DNA of 64,000 nucleotides from Chitinophagales bacterium. GTDB taxonomy: Bacteria; Bacteroidota; Bacteroidia; Chitinophagales; UBA10324. Both the position numbers and the translations under genes were made by a program. Below are positions 27,430-38,722 of the stretch, in pieces. The stretch's first letter is position 1. Every line of letters starts with the position of its first letter. The stretch spans positions 26,986-90,985 of the forward strand of contig JANWXQ010000070.1 in NCBI GenBank assembly GCA_025057275.1, given 5' to 3'. A model generated the notes under the pieces. The model was not told where the DNA came from, made no database searches, and saw only the letters and a list, made by a program, of their open reading frames with translations.

Positions 27430-29331
27430 TTACCACTGCGTTAATGCATACCACAACAGAAAGACAAGACCACCAACCATCCAGAGCAGATAGCCGGAAA
27501 TGCTGCCCGTCTGAACACGGGAAACCAAGGCACTGCCTCGCTGCACCAGCCGGCCCAGACCTTCCACCAGACCATCCAGCAGCTTGGGATCGAAACGACT
27601 GCGCAGGTAGTCGCCCAACCACTCTGCAGGCCGGACAAAGACGAACTGATAGCATTCATCCACATAAAACTTATCGTGCATCCACCGGTAAAAACGGGGC
27701 TTCCCGCTTAACGACCACGTGCGCGCTACCGGCTGCAGGTGATAGCGACGATAGGCCCAAACGCCAACGCCTGCAGCTACCAGTACCGACAAAATCATGA
27801 CCACCACTTCCATGGTATGCGACGGTTCAGGTGCCATCAGCCGGGGATTGCTTAAAAACACCGGAGATAAGTAACGGTTCAGCGCATGCACGTCGCCGAC
27901 CAAAGCGGGTAATCCGATGACCCCGCCAATGCCCGACAACAAAGCAAGAACCATCAACGGCACGGTCATCACACGTGGTGATTCGTGAATCTTTTCGCGT
28001 TCGTGCTCGGTTCCACGAAAATTCCCATAAAACACCATGAACAGCAGGCGAAACATGTAGGCCGCGGTAAGCACGGAAGTAATTACCAGCACAATGAAAG
28101 CCCATCCCTGACGGGAAGCGACCTGCAGCAGAATTTCATCTTTGGAAAAAAAGCCGGCCAAAGGAGGCACTCCGCTTATAGCTAATGTGCCGATGGCCAT
28201 GCACACAAACGTGACGGGCATCAGACGGCGCAGACCGCCCATATGCCTCATATTTTGTTCGTGATGCAGGGCATGAATCACGCTGCCGGCACCCAGAAAG
28301 AGCAGTGCCTTAAAAAAGGCATGGGCAATCAAATGAAGCATGCTGCTCGTTAAAGCCATAGCGCCTGCAGCAGCAAACATGAAGCCCAACTGGCTGACGG
28401 TGCTGTAGGCGAGAACCTTTTTGATGTCGTCCTGCCTGAGTGCAATCAGTGCTGCCCAAAGTGAAGTGGCTGTTCCAATCCAGATAATCACCTCCAGCGA
28501 CACAGGCGCCAACGTGTACAACATGTGCGAACGCACCACCAGATATACCCCTGCAGTTACCATGGTGGCTGCATGAATCAGGGCGCTCACCGGTGTGGGA
28601 CCGGCCATGGCATCGGGCAACCAGGTGTACAAGGGAATCTGTGCGCTTTTGCCAATGGCCCCTACAAACAGCAGCAACGTAATGGCTACCACCGTGGCAT
28701 CGTTGGTCGGGTAAGACAATGCCTGGCGGAACACCTCCCGGTAATCGGTGCTCCCAAATGTGTGGAACATCAGAAACAGGGCCAGCAAAAAACCCAGGTC
28801 GCCGATACGGTTCATGATAAAGGCCTTGTTGGCAGCAGCGGTGTATTCGGAATTTTTCCACCAGAACCCAATGAGCAGGTAAGAGCACAGACCCACGCCT
28901 TCCCACCCGATAAACATCACCAGAAAGCTGTCGGCCATTACCAACAGCAGCATAAAAAAGATAAACAGATTCAGAAAGGCAAAAAACTTTCCCATGCCGG
29001 CATCTTCCTTCATGTAACCGACAGAATACACATGAATAAGGAAACCCACGCCGGTAATCACCAGCAGCATGACCAACGTAAGCCGGTCGATCCAGAATCC
29101 AAAGGATACCTGCACGCCTGCTGTAGCCATCCATTCAAAAAGCTTCAGCTGTAAGGGAGCTGTTTCAGAAAACGACTGGATAAAAAAGAGCAGCGTAAGC
29201 AGGAAGCTGGCCAGCACGGCGATGCAGCCTATCCAGGCAGAAAGCGGTTTGGAGAGTTTGGGAAAAGCCAGACCGTTAATGAGAAACCCCAACAGGGGAA
29301 AAGCGACAAGAAGCACAGCGGCCGGCTGCAT
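27430..29331 (-). CDS. nuoL: NADH-quinone oxidoreductase subunit L
   Basis: 633 aa. Contains GWEGVGLCSYLLIGFW, GKSAQIPLYTWLPDAMAGPTPVSALIHAATMVTAG and IKKVLAYSTVSQLG, plus a long C-terminal extension as in NuoL/ND5. Confidence 0.9.
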   Translation of the reverse strand: MQPAAVLLVAFPLLGFLINGLAFPKLSKPLSAWIGCIAVLASFLLTLLFFIQSFSETAPLQLKLFEWMATAGVQVSFGFWIDRLTLVMLLVITGVGFLIHVYSVGYMKEDAGMGKFFAFLNLFIFFMLLLVMADSFLVMFIGWEGVGLCSYLLIGFWWKNSEYTAAANKAFIMNRIGDLGFLLALFLMFHTFGSTDYREVFRQALSYPTNDATVVAITLLLFVGAIGKSAQIPLYTWLPDAMAGPTPVSALIHAATMVTAGVYLVVRSHMLYTLAPVSLEVIIWIGTATSLWAALIALRQDDIKKVLAYSTVSQLGFMFAAAGAMALTSSMLHLIAHAFFKALLFLGAGSVIHALHHEQNMRHMGGLRRLMPVTFVCMAIGTLAISGVPPLAGFFSKDEILLQVASRQGWAFIVLVITSVLTAAYMFRLLFMVFYGNFRGTEHEREKIHESPRVMTVPLMVLALLSGIGGVIGLPALVGDVHALNRYLSPVFLSNPRLMAPEPSHTMEVVVMILSVLVAAGVGVWAYRRYHLQPVARTWSLSGKPRFYRWMHDKFYVDECYQFVFVRPAEWLGDYLRSRFDPKLLDGLVEGLGRLVQRGSALVSRVQTGSISGYLLWMVGGLVFLLWYALTQW

Positions 29332-29455
29332 AACTGCGCCGCAAATATAGCAGCCGCATTATGGAAACTCCGGCCCGCACGGTTTGGGCTGTCGTCAGGG
29401 TTTTTAGCATCCGGTAAAAACCTGATGCTGGAAAAGTTGCCAGGCCAACGTACAC

Positions 29456-29935
29456 CTAATGACCAAAGGCATAGCGCGCGCCGAATCCGATGCCAAATTC
29501 CAGTTTCAGTTCGGGAATCAGGTTTAGCACGGGCTGAATATCCAGCGTGAGCCGAAGGGGTACATCAAAGCGGTATTCCAGTCCCGCCATAGCTGAAGGA
29601 CCCAGATACAGGGTATTGGAATTGTTGGTCGCACTGTTGTTGGACACAAATCCGATGACGGCCCCTCCCCCACCGAACCAGCCCCATCGCTCAACAATAG
29701 GATAGGCCTTTTGAAAAATGCCGGAAAACAGCAACCGGTCACGACCACTGGTAAATCCCCAGCCCACGTCCAGTTGAAAGCGGGTCTCCAGATCAAAGCC
29801 ATGCTGGTAGCTGATCAGCGTGCCCGAATACGAACCGGCCGTCAGCCGAAGGCCAAGGGCATAAGGATCTACCTGAGCCCCTGCGCCAAGAAAACAAAAC
29901 GAAAAAAAAGCGATAAGTAAAAACCTTTTTTCCAT
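29456..29935 (-). CDS. Small outer-membrane beta-barrel protein (putative)
   Basis: 159 aa with signal peptide MEKRFLLIAFFSFCFLGAGAQ. Alternating hydrophobic/aromatic strands are rich in G, Y and F. Confidence 0.6.
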   Translation of the reverse strand: MEKRFLLIAFFSFCFLGAGAQVDPYALGLRLTAGSYSGTLISYQHGFDLETRFQLDVGWGFTSGRDRLLFSGIFQKAYPIVERWGWFGGGGAVIGFVSNNSATNNSNTLYLGPSAMAGLEYRFDVPLRLTLDIQPVLNLIPELKLEFGIGFGARYAFGH

Positions 29936-29984
29936 TAACGATTATTGATTTTAAGATTGGTAAGAAAAAGAAGTGTTTCAATCA

Positions 29985-31679
29985 TTACTCATTCCACAAC
30001 AAATCCTTGAGTTTAATCTCCAGCCGTTTTTCGCCATTCCATTCGTTTTCGTGTACCGTATAACAGATGGAAAACGGCAGGCCTTGCCTGATCCGTGGCA
30101 ATTGGTCGGCCATGCCAAAGCCAATCCCGGTTACGGTGCAACGATCTTTTTTCAAATTGACCTTCAGGTCCTTCTCTTTTACGACGCGCGACCAACCCGT
30201 GTCGGTTACTCCGTTGGTCACGAACAACGGGCGCTGATTTTGCGGTCCGTGGGGTGCAAAGCGCTTTAACAAATTCCATAATGACGGATTGATGCTGGAC
30301 AAATGAATTTCAGCACTGATGTTCAATTCCGGAATCAGTTGATCCTCCTTGATGGTGTCGGCCACCACTTCTTCAAAACGACGAACAAACAACTCCAGGT
30401 TTTCAGGAAGCAACTTGAGGCCGGCAGCAAATGTATGGCCGCCGTATTCCACCAGCACATCGCGACAGGCATCTATGGCTTCATATAAGTCAAACCCTGG
30501 CACCGAACGGGCCGATCCGGACAACAGGCCGTTGCTTTCCGTCAGAATGACGGTAGGCCGGAAGTAGTAGTCCTGCAGGCGCGAAGCCACAATGCCGATA
30601 ACTCCCTTATGCCAGCCCGCATCGAACAGTACGGTGGTCTTTCGCTCCTGCAGTTCGGGTTGCTGTTCCAGCATGTTCAGGGCCTGCTGCGTAATGTTCA
30701 GGTCGTGTTCGCGACGTATGTCGTTCAGGCGGTCGAGCTGATGGGCCAATTCCTCCGCCTGACTTCCTTCTTCGAGCAGCAACCGTATGGCCTTTCGGGC
30801 ATCGTCCATGCGTCCGGCAGCATTGATGCGGGGGCCGATGACAAACACCAGATCATTGAATGTGATTTCACGCCTCAGTCCGCTGACCACGGAAAGCGCT
30901 TTCAGACCCGGCCTGGGGTTTTCATTGATTTTTTTCAAACCGTAATAGGCAAGCACGCGGTTTTCACCGGTAACCGGAACAATATCTGCTGCTATACTTA
31001 CGGCCACCAGATCCAGATAAGTATTGACATCGGCATATCGCCTGCCCAACTGGCGGGCCAGCGCTGAAACGAGCTTGAAACCGATGCCGCATCCGCTAAG
31101 TTCCTTGTACGGGTAGCGACAATCGGTTCGTTTGGGGTCCAGCACTGCCACAGCCGGCGGGATTTCGGCATCGGGCAAATGGTGGTCGCACACGATAAAG
31201 TCTATGCCTGCCTGAGCTGCTTCTGCCACCATCTTATGCGATTTGATACCGCAATCCAAGGCCACAATCAGACGAATGCCGTTGTTGTGAGCATAGTTTA
31301 TTCCCTGCTGACTGATGCCATAGCCTTCGGTGTAACGGTTAGGCACATAGTAGTCGCAATGAAAGCCCTGCGACTTCAGGAAGGAAAACACCATAGCCAC
31401 GGCCGTAGTGCCATCCACATCGTAATCACCGTAAACGAGCACGGGCTGCTGCCCGTTCCGGGCCTGAAGCAGGCGGTGCACGGCCTTATCCATATCGGCC
31501 ATCAGCATGGGGTCAGGCAACTGGTCCAGGGAAGGCTTGAAAAAACGGCGGGCTTCGGCTTCTGTAGTGATGCCGCGCTGAACGAGCAGGCGGGCAATGA
31601 GATCATCCAGTTTGGTGGCGGCGGTCAGATCAGCGACTTGCTGGGGGTCGGTTTGAATCAGGTTCCACCGTCTGCGCAT
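29985..31679 (-). CDS. recJ: Single-stranded-DNA-specific exonuclease RecJ
   Basis: 564 aa. DHH motifs (VLVYGDYDVDGTT, DFIVCDHH, GPRINAAGR) and a DHHA1 region (GGHTFAAG). Confidence 0.92.
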   Translation of the reverse strand: MRRRWNLIQTDPQQVADLTAATKLDDLIARLLVQRGITTEAEARRFFKPSLDQLPDPMLMADMDKAVHRLLQARNGQQPVLVYGDYDVDGTTAVAMVFSFLKSQGFHCDYYVPNRYTEGYGISQQGINYAHNNGIRLIVALDCGIKSHKMVAEAAQAGIDFIVCDHHLPDAEIPPAVAVLDPKRTDCRYPYKELSGCGIGFKLVSALARQLGRRYADVNTYLDLVAVSIAADIVPVTGENRVLAYYGLKKINENPRPGLKALSVVSGLRREITFNDLVFVIGPRINAAGRMDDARKAIRLLLEEGSQAEELAHQLDRLNDIRREHDLNITQQALNMLEQQPELQERKTTVLFDAGWHKGVIGIVASRLQDYYFRPTVILTESNGLLSGSARSVPGFDLYEAIDACRDVLVEYGGHTFAAGLKLLPENLELFVRRFEEVVADTIKEDQLIPELNISAEIHLSSINPSLWNLLKRFAPHGPQNQRPLFVTNGVTDTGWSRVVKEKDLKVNLKKDRCTVTGIGFGMADQLPRIRQGLPFSICYTVHENEWNGEKRLEIKLKDLLWNE

Positions 31680-31713
31680 AGGACGTCACAAACATAATAG
31701 AAGATGCCGGCAG

Positions 31714-32748
31714 TCAGGGTTGTGCTGCCGGGCGCTTGCCGTACAGCACTTCCCGGTTCCAGGCCGACAGCATGATTTCGCTTAACGTTCGGCGGGGCAA
31801 CCAGCCCAGCAACCGTTCGGCCTTCTGATGATCGGCATAGACAGCAACGGCATCGCCAAGCCGCCGGGGCCCAAACCGATAGGGCACCGGTTTGCCTACG
31901 GCTGATTCAAAAGCCCAGATCATCTGGAGAACAGAACTTCCCGTACCGCTGCCCAGATTGACGATTTCGCTGTAGGGTCCTGCCGGAAGATTCAACACCA
32001 GCTCCAATGCCGCCACATGCGCTTCGGCGATATCCATCACGTGCACATAGTCGCGGATGCAGGTGCCATCGGCCGTGGGGTAGTCGTTGCCGTAAACCAC
32101 CAGCTGGCCCAAGCGGCCCGAAGCTGCTGCAGTAATGGCCGGCACCAGATTCTGCGGTTTGTCGGTAAGCCGTTCACCAATCCATCCGCTTTCGTGAGCA
32201 CCGGCCGGATTGAAGTACCGGAGGATCAGGGCACGCAGTTGCGAAATGCGAACCACATCATTCACGATATGCTCGCCGAAATACTTGGTCCGGCCGTAAA
32301 CGGATTGCTGCTCGTGGCATGGACTTTCCTCGGTAACGGGCAACTGGGCCACGTTGCCGTAAACCGCACTGGACGATGAATAAATGAAAGGAAAAATGCG
32401 CTGCTCACGTGCACACAACAGGATATTGACAAGCGACATCAGATTGTTGCCGTAGTAACGCAGCGGGCGTTCCATGCTTTCGGGAACCAGCTTATGTGCA
32501 GCAAAATGGATGATGCCGGCTGCATCGCCGTGTTCGGAAAAAAACCGGCGCAGAGCACGCAGGTTGCACAGATTGAGCCGAACGTTGCGGAATGCCCGGC
32601 CACTGATGCGGCGCACCTGTTCCTCCACTTCCGTCTGGCCATGTTCCAGCACATCCACGCTGACCACATCGTAACCACGCTGCAGCAAGGCTACGGCTGT
32701 GTGACTGCCAATGTAGCCGCACCCTCCGGTAACCACGATCTTGCTCAT
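31714..32748 (-). CDS. galE: UDP-glucose 4-epimerase
   Basis: Rossmann motif VTGGCGYIGSH and catalytic YGRTK (YxxxK). Collinear with GalE. Confidence 0.85.
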   Translation of the reverse strand: MSKIVVTGGCGYIGSHTAVALLQRGYDVVSVDVLEHGQTEVEEQVRRISGRAFRNVRLNLCNLRALRRFFSEHGDAAGIIHFAAHKLVPESMERPLRYYGNNLMSLVNILLCAREQRIFPFIYSSSSAVYGNVAQLPVTEESPCHEQQSVYGRTKYFGEHIVNDVVRISQLRALILRYFNPAGAHESGWIGERLTDKPQNLVPAITAAASGRLGQLVVYGNDYPTADGTCIRDYVHVMDIAEAHVAALELVLNLPAGPYSEIVNLGSGTGSSVLQMIWAFESAVGKPVPYRFGPRRLGDAVAVYADHQKAERLLGWLPRRTLSEIMLSAWNREVLYGKRPAAQP

Positions 32749-33692
32749 GAACGTGCGGATTGACCAACGGTAAAAGCCTGAATCATTTTGCCCAGCCCTT
32801 CCTTCAGGGAAATCAACGGGCGCTGCAGCAGGCTGTGCATCTTGGCGATGTCGGGAAGTCGCCGCCGCATATCGCCTTCTTTCAAGGGAGCCTGGTGCAC
32901 AATACGTGATGACGATCCGGTAATCTGCAGTATCGTTTGCGCCAGTTCCAGAATGCTTACTTCGGCATCGTGGCCGATGTTAATCACGTCGTTGACAAAT
33001 CGGTGCTGATACAGACAGGCCACGCTGGCATCTATGTTATCGTCTATGTAAAGGAAGGTGCGGCTCTGCGATCCATCGCCGTGGATGATGATGTCGCGAC
33101 CATGAAGGGCCTGATGCAGAAAACGAGAAACCACAAAATCGTCGCTTTGTTCGGGACCGTAGGTGTTGAAATAGCGAAAAATGGTATAGGACAAACCGTA
33201 TTCCCGGTGGTAGGATTTAAGAAACGATTCCCCCACATTCTTGACAATGGCATAAGGCAGCCGGGAATTCAGGGGGGTTGTGTCTTCGTTTTGCGGCAAT
33301 TCCACCGGTTCGCCGTACACCTCGCTACTGGAAGAAAAAAACACCCGTTTGACTCCGGTGTTCTTGGCCAGGTCCAGCACGTTACGAATGCCCTGAATAT
33401 CGTTAAGCACCATGGCCGGATGATGCAAGGTGCGCTGCACACCTACCACTGCCGCGTAGTGAAACACATAATCAAACTGAAATGCCGCCATAATGGCGGA
33501 GATGTCGTTAAAATGATTGACATCGGCTTTAATGAACTTCCAGTTGGTTGCCGTGCGCGGCGGCAGGCGGCGCATGGATCCGGTGAGCAGGTTATCCACG
33601 ATGACCACATAATTCTCCGGATCGCTCACCAGGCGTTTGGCCAGGGCGCTGCCGATAAATCCTGCTCCGCCGGTAATCAGGATGCGGTTCAT
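32745..33692 (-). CDS. NAD-dependent epimerase/dehydratase (UDP-glucuronate decarboxylase-like)
   Basis: [16 protein letters not shown] (YxxxK) and [15 protein letters not shown] resemble the UXS/RmlB-like SDR family. It overlaps both neighbouring genes by 4 nt. Confidence 0.8.
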   Translation of the reverse strand: MNRILITGGAGFIGSALAKRLVSDPENYVVIVDNLLTGSMRRLPPRTATNWKFIKADVNHFNDISAIMAAFQFDYVFHYAAVVGVQRTLHHPAMVLNDIQGIRNVLDLAKNTGVKRVFFSSSSEVYGEPVELPQNEDTTPLNSRLPYAIVKNVGESFLKSYHREYGLSYTIFRYFNTYGPEQSDDFVVSRFLHQALHGRDIIIHGDGSQSRTFLYIDDNIDASVACLYQHRFVNDVINIGHDAEVSILELAQTILQITGSSSRIVHQAPLKEGDMRRRLPDIAKMHSLLQRPLISLKEGLGKMIQAFTVGQSARS

Positions 33693-34570
33693 GATCGCTC
33701 AACGGCTTTTTGTTCTACCAAATCACGCAGGTAAGCTCCGTAGCCGCTGGCCTGGAGCGATGCAGCCAGTTGCAGCAGTTGCTCATCGTTGATGTAGCCC
33801 ATGCGCCAGGCCACTTCTTCAATGCTGCCGATTTTCAGTCCCTGCCGGTGTTCCACTACCTGAACAAACAGTGAAGCGGCCATCAGCGAGTCAAATGTGC
33901 CGGTATCCAGCCAGGCCGTGCCGCGATCCATGACGGCCACCTGCAAACGGCCCTGCTGCAAATACGTTCGGTTGACATCGGTGATCTCCAGTTCACCGCG
34001 CGGGCTGGGGCGCAGGCTTCGGGCTATGTCCACTACGCTGGAATCGTAGAAGTAAAGCCCCGGCACAGCATAGGGAGATCGGGGATGTTTGGGCTTTTCC
34101 TCTATGGAAACGGCCCGACCTGATGCATCGAATTCCACCACTCCGTAGCGTTGCGGATCGTTGACGTGATAAGCAAATATGACGGCGCCTTCGGGGCGGG
34201 TGTAGCGCTGCAAAAAAGTCCCCAGTCCCGATCCGTAAAAAATGTTGTCCCCCAAGGCCAGTGCTACCGGTCCTGAGCCAATGAAGTCGGCACCGATCAA
34301 AAAAGCCTGCGCAAGGCCTTCGGGTCGGGGCTGAATGGCATAATCAAACCGGCAACCATACCGGCTGCCGTCGCCCAGTAGTTTGACAAACAATTGCTGG
34401 TCCTGCGGGGTGGTGATAATCAGTATTTGCCGAATACCGGCCATCATCAGCGTGGATAACGGATAATAGATCATGGGCTTATTGTACACCGGCATCAGCT
34501 GCTTGCTCAGTGCATACGTAATCGGATAAAGCCGTGTGCCGGAGCCTCCTGCCAATACGATTCCTTTCAT
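33689..34570 (-). CDS. rfbA: Glucose-1-phosphate thymidylyltransferase
   Basis: [18 protein letters not shown]...[21 protein letters not shown] is near-canonical RmlA. I use the start at the internal Met; the ORF track extends to 34585. Confidence 0.92.
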   Translation of the reverse strand: MKGIVLAGGSGTRLYPITYALSKQLMPVYNKPMIYYPLSTLMMAGIRQILIITTPQDQQLFVKLLGDGSRYGCRFDYAIQPRPEGLAQAFLIGADFIGSGPVALALGDNIFYGSGLGTFLQRYTRPEGAVIFAYHVNDPQRYGVVEFDASGRAVSIEEKPKHPRSPYAVPGLYFYDSSVVDIARSLRPSPRGELEITDVNRTYLQQGRLQVAVMDRGTAWLDTGTFDSLMAASLFVQVVEHRQGLKIGSIEEVAWRMGYINDEQLLQLAASLQASGYGAYLRDLVEQKAVERS

Positions 34571-34629
34571 GGGGTGAAAATACACGGCAGGGCCGATTTG
34601 CCCCGGAAAGGAGACGCACCTTCGCTTGA

Positions 34630-35682
34630 TCAGTGATCGGAGGCTTTCGCCAGAGTGAAACCAAAAGTGGAGCCGACGCCAGGTTTGCTGCGCACGTTGA
34701 TGGTTTGCTGATGGGCTTCCACAATGTGCTTGACAATAGCCAGCCCCAGCCCGGTTCCTCCCTGTTCGCGGGAACGGCTTTTGTCTACACGGTAAAAGCG
34801 TTCGAACAGACGCGGAATGTGTTCCTCGGCAATGCCGATACCGTCATCCGTAACTTCCACCAGAATGTTGTCGCCCATATCATAAAAACTGACGATGGTG
34901 TTTCCGTTTTCCTTGCCGTATTTAATCGAATTATCCAACAGATTCACCAGTACCTGACGGATTTTTTCCTTATCAGCCACCACATAAAACGGTCGGTCGC
35001 AGCCTTTTTTTACGGAAAAGCGTATATGCCGCGTATCGGCTTTGAATTCCACTTCTTCAAATACGTCGCGGGTCAGGGAGTAAATGTCAAAGGTCTCCAT
35101 ATCGAGCGTTACCTCACCGCTTTCCAATCGGGCTATTTCTTCCAGATCGTTTACCAGAGTGATCAGACGCTCTACGCCGTGGGCTGTTTTTTCCAGGAAG
35201 TGATGATTCACTTCCGGATCGTCCACAGCGCCTTCCAGCAACGTATGCACATAGCCCTGCACGCTGAACAGGGGTGTTTTGAACTCGTGCGACAGATTGC
35301 TTAAAAACTCCTTGCGATACTGTTCAGCCTTTCGCAGGCTTTCGATTTCGCGCTGGTTCCGCTCCGCCCATTCACTGACCTCCTGCTGCACTTCATTGAT
35401 GGGGTCATCGCCCACCGAGCGACCCAAAACGTCACGGGTAAAGCGATCAATTTTCAGGCTATGAATGGTTTTGTAGATTAATTTGATTTTCCGGTAGATA
35501 AACCGATTGAGCAAAAAGGAAAACAACAGATAAGCGCCGGAGCCGATAATCAGCGGAGGCAGCATGACACTCCACAAGGGGGATTGGCCAGAACGACCAA
35601 GCACCTGTTCCACCACCAGCGACCACAGAGCTACAGCTCCGGCAGCAAGCAGGGCCAAGGTACGCGGTGCGGGATTCTTCAT
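34630..35682 (-). CDS. phoR: Sensor histidine kinase, PhoR-like
   Basis: Two N-terminal TM segments, an H-box [13 protein letters not shown], and an HATPase region ([28 protein letters not shown]). It sits directly after the phoB-like gene and phoU. Confidence 0.82.
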   Translation of the reverse strand: MKNPAPRTLALLAAGAVALWSLVVEQVLGRSGQSPLWSVMLPPLIIGSGAYLLFSFLLNRFIYRKIKLIYKTIHSLKIDRFTRDVLGRSVGDDPINEVQQEVSEWAERNQREIESLRKAEQYRKEFLSNLSHEFKTPLFSVQGYVHTLLEGAVDDPEVNHHFLEKTAHGVERLITLVNDLEEIARLESGEVTLDMETFDIYSLTRDVFEEVEFKADTRHIRFSVKKGCDRPFYVVADKEKIRQVLVNLLDNSIKYGKENGNTIVSFYDMGDNILVEVTDDGIGIAEEHIPRLFERFYRVDKSRSREQGGTGLGLAIVKHIVEAHQQTINVRSKPGVGSTFGFTLAKASDH

Positions 35683-35691
35683 CCGTGCCGA

Positions 35692-36384
35692 TCAGATCTC
35701 AAACTTATAGCCTACTCCTTTTACGGTTCTGATGAGGCTTTCGCCCACTTTCTGGCGGATCTTGCGCACATGCACGTCAATAGTCCGGTCGCCGACGATG
35801 ACGTCATCGCCCCAGATGCGTTTCAGGATTTCGGCCCGCGGAAAGACCCGGCCGGGTTTAGAGGCCAGCATGGCCAACAGTTCAAACTCTTTACGGGCCA
35901 GAAACACTTCCTTTTTGTCCAGCAGCACGACGCGCCGTTCGCGGTCAATGGTTACGTGACCGATGCTGATCTGCTCAAAATCTTCGCTGGCAACCCGGCG
36001 ACGCAGCAGGGCCTTGATGCGGCTGACTAACAGCTTGGGTTTGATGGGCTTGGTGATGTAATCGTCGGCGCCGGCGCCGAAACCGGCCAACTCGCTCTGC
36101 TCGTCGTTGCGAGCGGTAAGAAAAACGATAAGCACCTGCCGCAGTTCACGCAGGCTGCGAAGGTGTTCGGCAGTGGCCAAACCATCCAGATTAGGCATCA
36201 TCACATCCAGGATGATCAGGTCGGGATGCACCTCGCGGGCCAGGCGAATGGCTTCCAGACCGTCGCGCGCAGAAAACACCTGATACCCTTCCTTGCGCAG
36301 GTTGTACTCAATGAATTCCAACACATCGACCTCATCATCCACGATAAGAATTCTGGCTGGCAGGGAATTGGATGGGGTTGTCAT
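35692..36384 (-). CDS. phoB: OmpR-family response regulator, PhoB-like
   Basis: Receiver domain (ILIVDDE...DLIILDVMMP) plus a winged-helix output domain (LTRKEFELL-like FLARKEFELLAML, ...RTVKGVGYKF). The start at 36384 directly abuts the phoU stop. Confidence 0.88.
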   Translation of the reverse strand: MTTPSNSLPARILIVDDEVDVLEFIEYNLRKEGYQVFSARDGLEAIRLAREVHPDLIILDVMMPNLDGLATAEHLRSLRELRQVLIVFLTARNDEQSELAGFGAGADDYITKPIKPKLLVSRIKALLRRRVASEDFEQISIGHVTIDRERRVVLLDKKEVFLARKEFELLAMLASKPGRVFPRAEILKRIWGDDVIVGDRTIDVHVRKIRQKVGESLIRTVKGVGYKFEI

Positions 36385-36385
36385 A

Positions 36386-37051
36386 TCAGATTTTTTCTTT
36401 TTCGTGTTTAAGCACATGGGCTTCCACGTAGAAAATGATTTCCTCTGCAATGTTTTTATTCAGATCGCCGATGCGCTCCAGCTTGCGTACGGCACTGGCC
36501 ACATTGAGCAGCTCAGGCACCAGGTCAGGATGTTCGGGGAAAAAATCAATAACGCTTTGCATGGCCTTTCGGTTCCAGCTATCCAGCTGCGCATCGCTTT
36601 GAAAAATTTTACGCGCTTTGGCGCTGTCGCCATCCCGAAAAGCCATGATGTTGCTTTCGATCATATTCTCTAACTGGTCAATGGCAGAGAACAAATCCAG
36701 TTGACTCAGCAGCTTTTCCGGCAAAGGCTGGCGCAGATCCAGGGCATAGGAAGCAATGCCTTTACTGTGGTCGCCCATGCGTTCCAGATGGCTGTTGATT
36801 TTGAAGGCGGCAAACACCAGGCGCAGGTCTATAGCCACCGGATTAAACAACGCCATGATGTTTTCGCAATCGCGGTCAATCTTCAGTTCAGTGGCATTGA
36901 TGCGCCGCTCCTGAAACAAGACTTCACGGGCCAGGTCTTTGCGCATGTCCACAAAGGCCTGCACGCTTTTTCTGAGCTGATGCTGCACCAGACGGCCCAT
37001 TTCTTCAATTTCCGCCTTGAGCCGGTTGAGTTCTGAATCCAGGTGTGTCAT
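36386..37051 (-). CDS. phoU: Phosphate signalling complex protein PhoU
   Basis: 221 aa with two PhoU repeats (ERMGDHSKGIA / ERIGDLNKNIAE). Positioned after pstB. Confidence 0.9.
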   Translation of the reverse strand: MTHLDSELNRLKAEIEEMGRLVQHQLRKSVQAFVDMRKDLAREVLFQERRINATELKIDRDCENIMALFNPVAIDLRLVFAAFKINSHLERMGDHSKGIASYALDLRQPLPEKLLSQLDLFSAIDQLENMIESNIMAFRDGDSAKARKIFQSDAQLDSWNRKAMQSVIDFFPEHPDLVPELLNVASAVRKLERIGDLNKNIAEEIIFYVEAHVLKHEKEKI

Positions 37052-37086
37052 ACATGCAAAGTTCCGTTAGGAGTAAGTAGAAACGT

Positions 37087-37845
37087 TTAACCAAACCGTC
37101 CGGTAATGTAATTCTGGGTTTTTTCGTTGCGGGGGTTGGTGAACAGGTCCTTGGTTTCCGCATATTCAATCAGTTCACCCAGGTAAAAAAAGGCTGTCCA
37201 GTCGCTGACCCGAGCCGCCTGCTGCATGTTGTGGGTAACGATGAGGATGGTGTATTTCTTCTTCAGTTCCCAGATCAGCTCTTCAATCTTGGCGTTGCTG
37301 ATGGGGTCTAATGCCGAAGAAGGCTCATCCATCAGCACCACTGAAGGTTCTACCGCCAAGGCACGTGCAATACACAGGCGTTGCTGCTGCCCGCCCGATA
37401 AGGCCAGGGCCGATTTCTTCAGGTTGTCTTTTACCTCATCCCACAATGCGGCCTGACGCAAGGCCCGCTCCACGGTTTCTTCAATGTAGCGTTTGTTGGT
37501 TACCCCGTTAATGCGCAGACCGTAGGCCACGTTTTCAAATATGGATTTCGGAAATGGATTGGGCTTTTGAAACACCATACCCACCCGTTTGCGCACCTCT
37601 TCCACCCGAACCCCGTCAGCATAAATATTTTTTCCGTTGAGCAATACTTCGCCTTCCACACGCACGTCATCGATCATATCATTCATGCGGTTAAACAGCC
37701 TTAAATAGGTGGATTTCCCACATCCCGAAGGGCCGATGATGGCCACCACTTTGTTTTCAGGCACTCCCAGGCTGATGTTTTTCAGGGCAGCGGTGTTGCC
37801 GTAGTACAGACTGACGTTTCGGGTTTCAACTTTGAAAAAGCTCAT
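37087..37845 (-). CDS. pstB: Phosphate ABC transporter ATP-binding protein
   Basis: [23 protein letters not shown] and [12 protein letters not shown]. PstB-specific ending [10 protein letters not shown]. Confidence 0.95.
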   Translation of the reverse strand: MSFFKVETRNVSLYYGNTAALKNISLGVPENKVVAIIGPSGCGKSTYLRLFNRMNDMIDDVRVEGEVLLNGKNIYADGVRVEEVRKRVGMVFQKPNPFPKSIFENVAYGLRINGVTNKRYIEETVERALRQAALWDEVKDNLKKSALALSGGQQQRLCIARALAVEPSVVLMDEPSSALDPISNAKIEELIWELKKKYTILIVTHNMQQAARVSDWTAFFYLGELIEYAETKDLFTNPRNEKTQNYITGRFG

Positions 37846-38699
37846 CGCGAAAACCGGTTTCGTAAGTAAATGGCTGTGGCATTCAGCAGCAGGGTAATGA
37901 CCAGCAGTACGATGATGCCTGCGGCAGCATTTTCATGGAAAGCAGCCTGCGGACGGGAGATCCAGTTAAAAATCTGAATCGGCAGGATGGTAAACGCCGA
38001 ATGCAGGCTATCGGGCAGAAAGGTAACAAAGGTCAATGCGCCTATGGTGATGAGCGGAGCCGTTTCGCCTATGGCCCGTGACACGGCCAGTATGATGCCG
38101 GTAAGTATTGAGGGAAACGAAATCGGCAGCAAATGGTGCCAGATGGTTTGCCATCGGGTGGCGCCCATGGCAAAGGAGGCCTCCCGAATACCTGCCGGAA
38201 CAGCGCGCAGCGCTTCCCGGGCTGAAATAATGACCACCGGCATAATCAACAACGACAACGTAAGCGCTCCGGCCAGCAGGCTGCGATCCAGTTGCATCCA
38301 GCGCACAAACAGGCCCAGCCCCAGCAAGCCGTAAACAATCGAGGGAACTCCGGCCAGGTTGGCAATGTTGATTTCTATAAACCGGGAAAACCAGTTTTTC
38401 TTACCGTACTCTTCCAGATAAATAGCCGAACCTATGCCGATGGGCACAGCGATAAGTATGGTCAGCAGCACCACAGCAAGGCTACCTACCAGTCCGGCCA
38501 GGATGCCCGCTTCTTCCGCCCGACGTGAAGGAAAAGAGGTCAGAAACTGCCGGTTCAGTCTGCCTATGCCATCTTCAAACACAGTGACCAGCAGCCACAG
38601 CAAGACCAAAACGGCCATCAGCAGTCCGACCAGCGCCAGCACCTGAAACAGTATGTCGTACAACCGTTGGCGGAGGGCTTGCAATTTGTAGTGTTCCAT
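37842..38699 (-). CDS. pstA: Phosphate ABC transporter permease PstA
   Basis: 285 aa, polytopic. EAA-like loop [15 protein letters not shown]. Overlaps pstB by 4 nt. Confidence 0.9.
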   Translation of the reverse strand: MEHYKLQALRQRLYDILFQVLALVGLLMAVLVLLWLLVTVFEDGIGRLNRQFLTSFPSRRAEEAGILAGLVGSLAVVLLTILIAVPIGIGSAIYLEEYGKKNWFSRFIEINIANLAGVPSIVYGLLGLGLFVRWMQLDRSLLAGALTLSLLIMPVVIISAREALRAVPAGIREASFAMGATRWQTIWHHLLPISFPSILTGIILAVSRAIGETAPLITIGALTFVTFLPDSLHSAFTILPIQIFNWISRPQAAFHENAAAGIIVLLVITLLLNATAIYLRNRFSR

Positions 38700-38722
38700 A
38701 CGACGGACTTACTGCATGGGCC

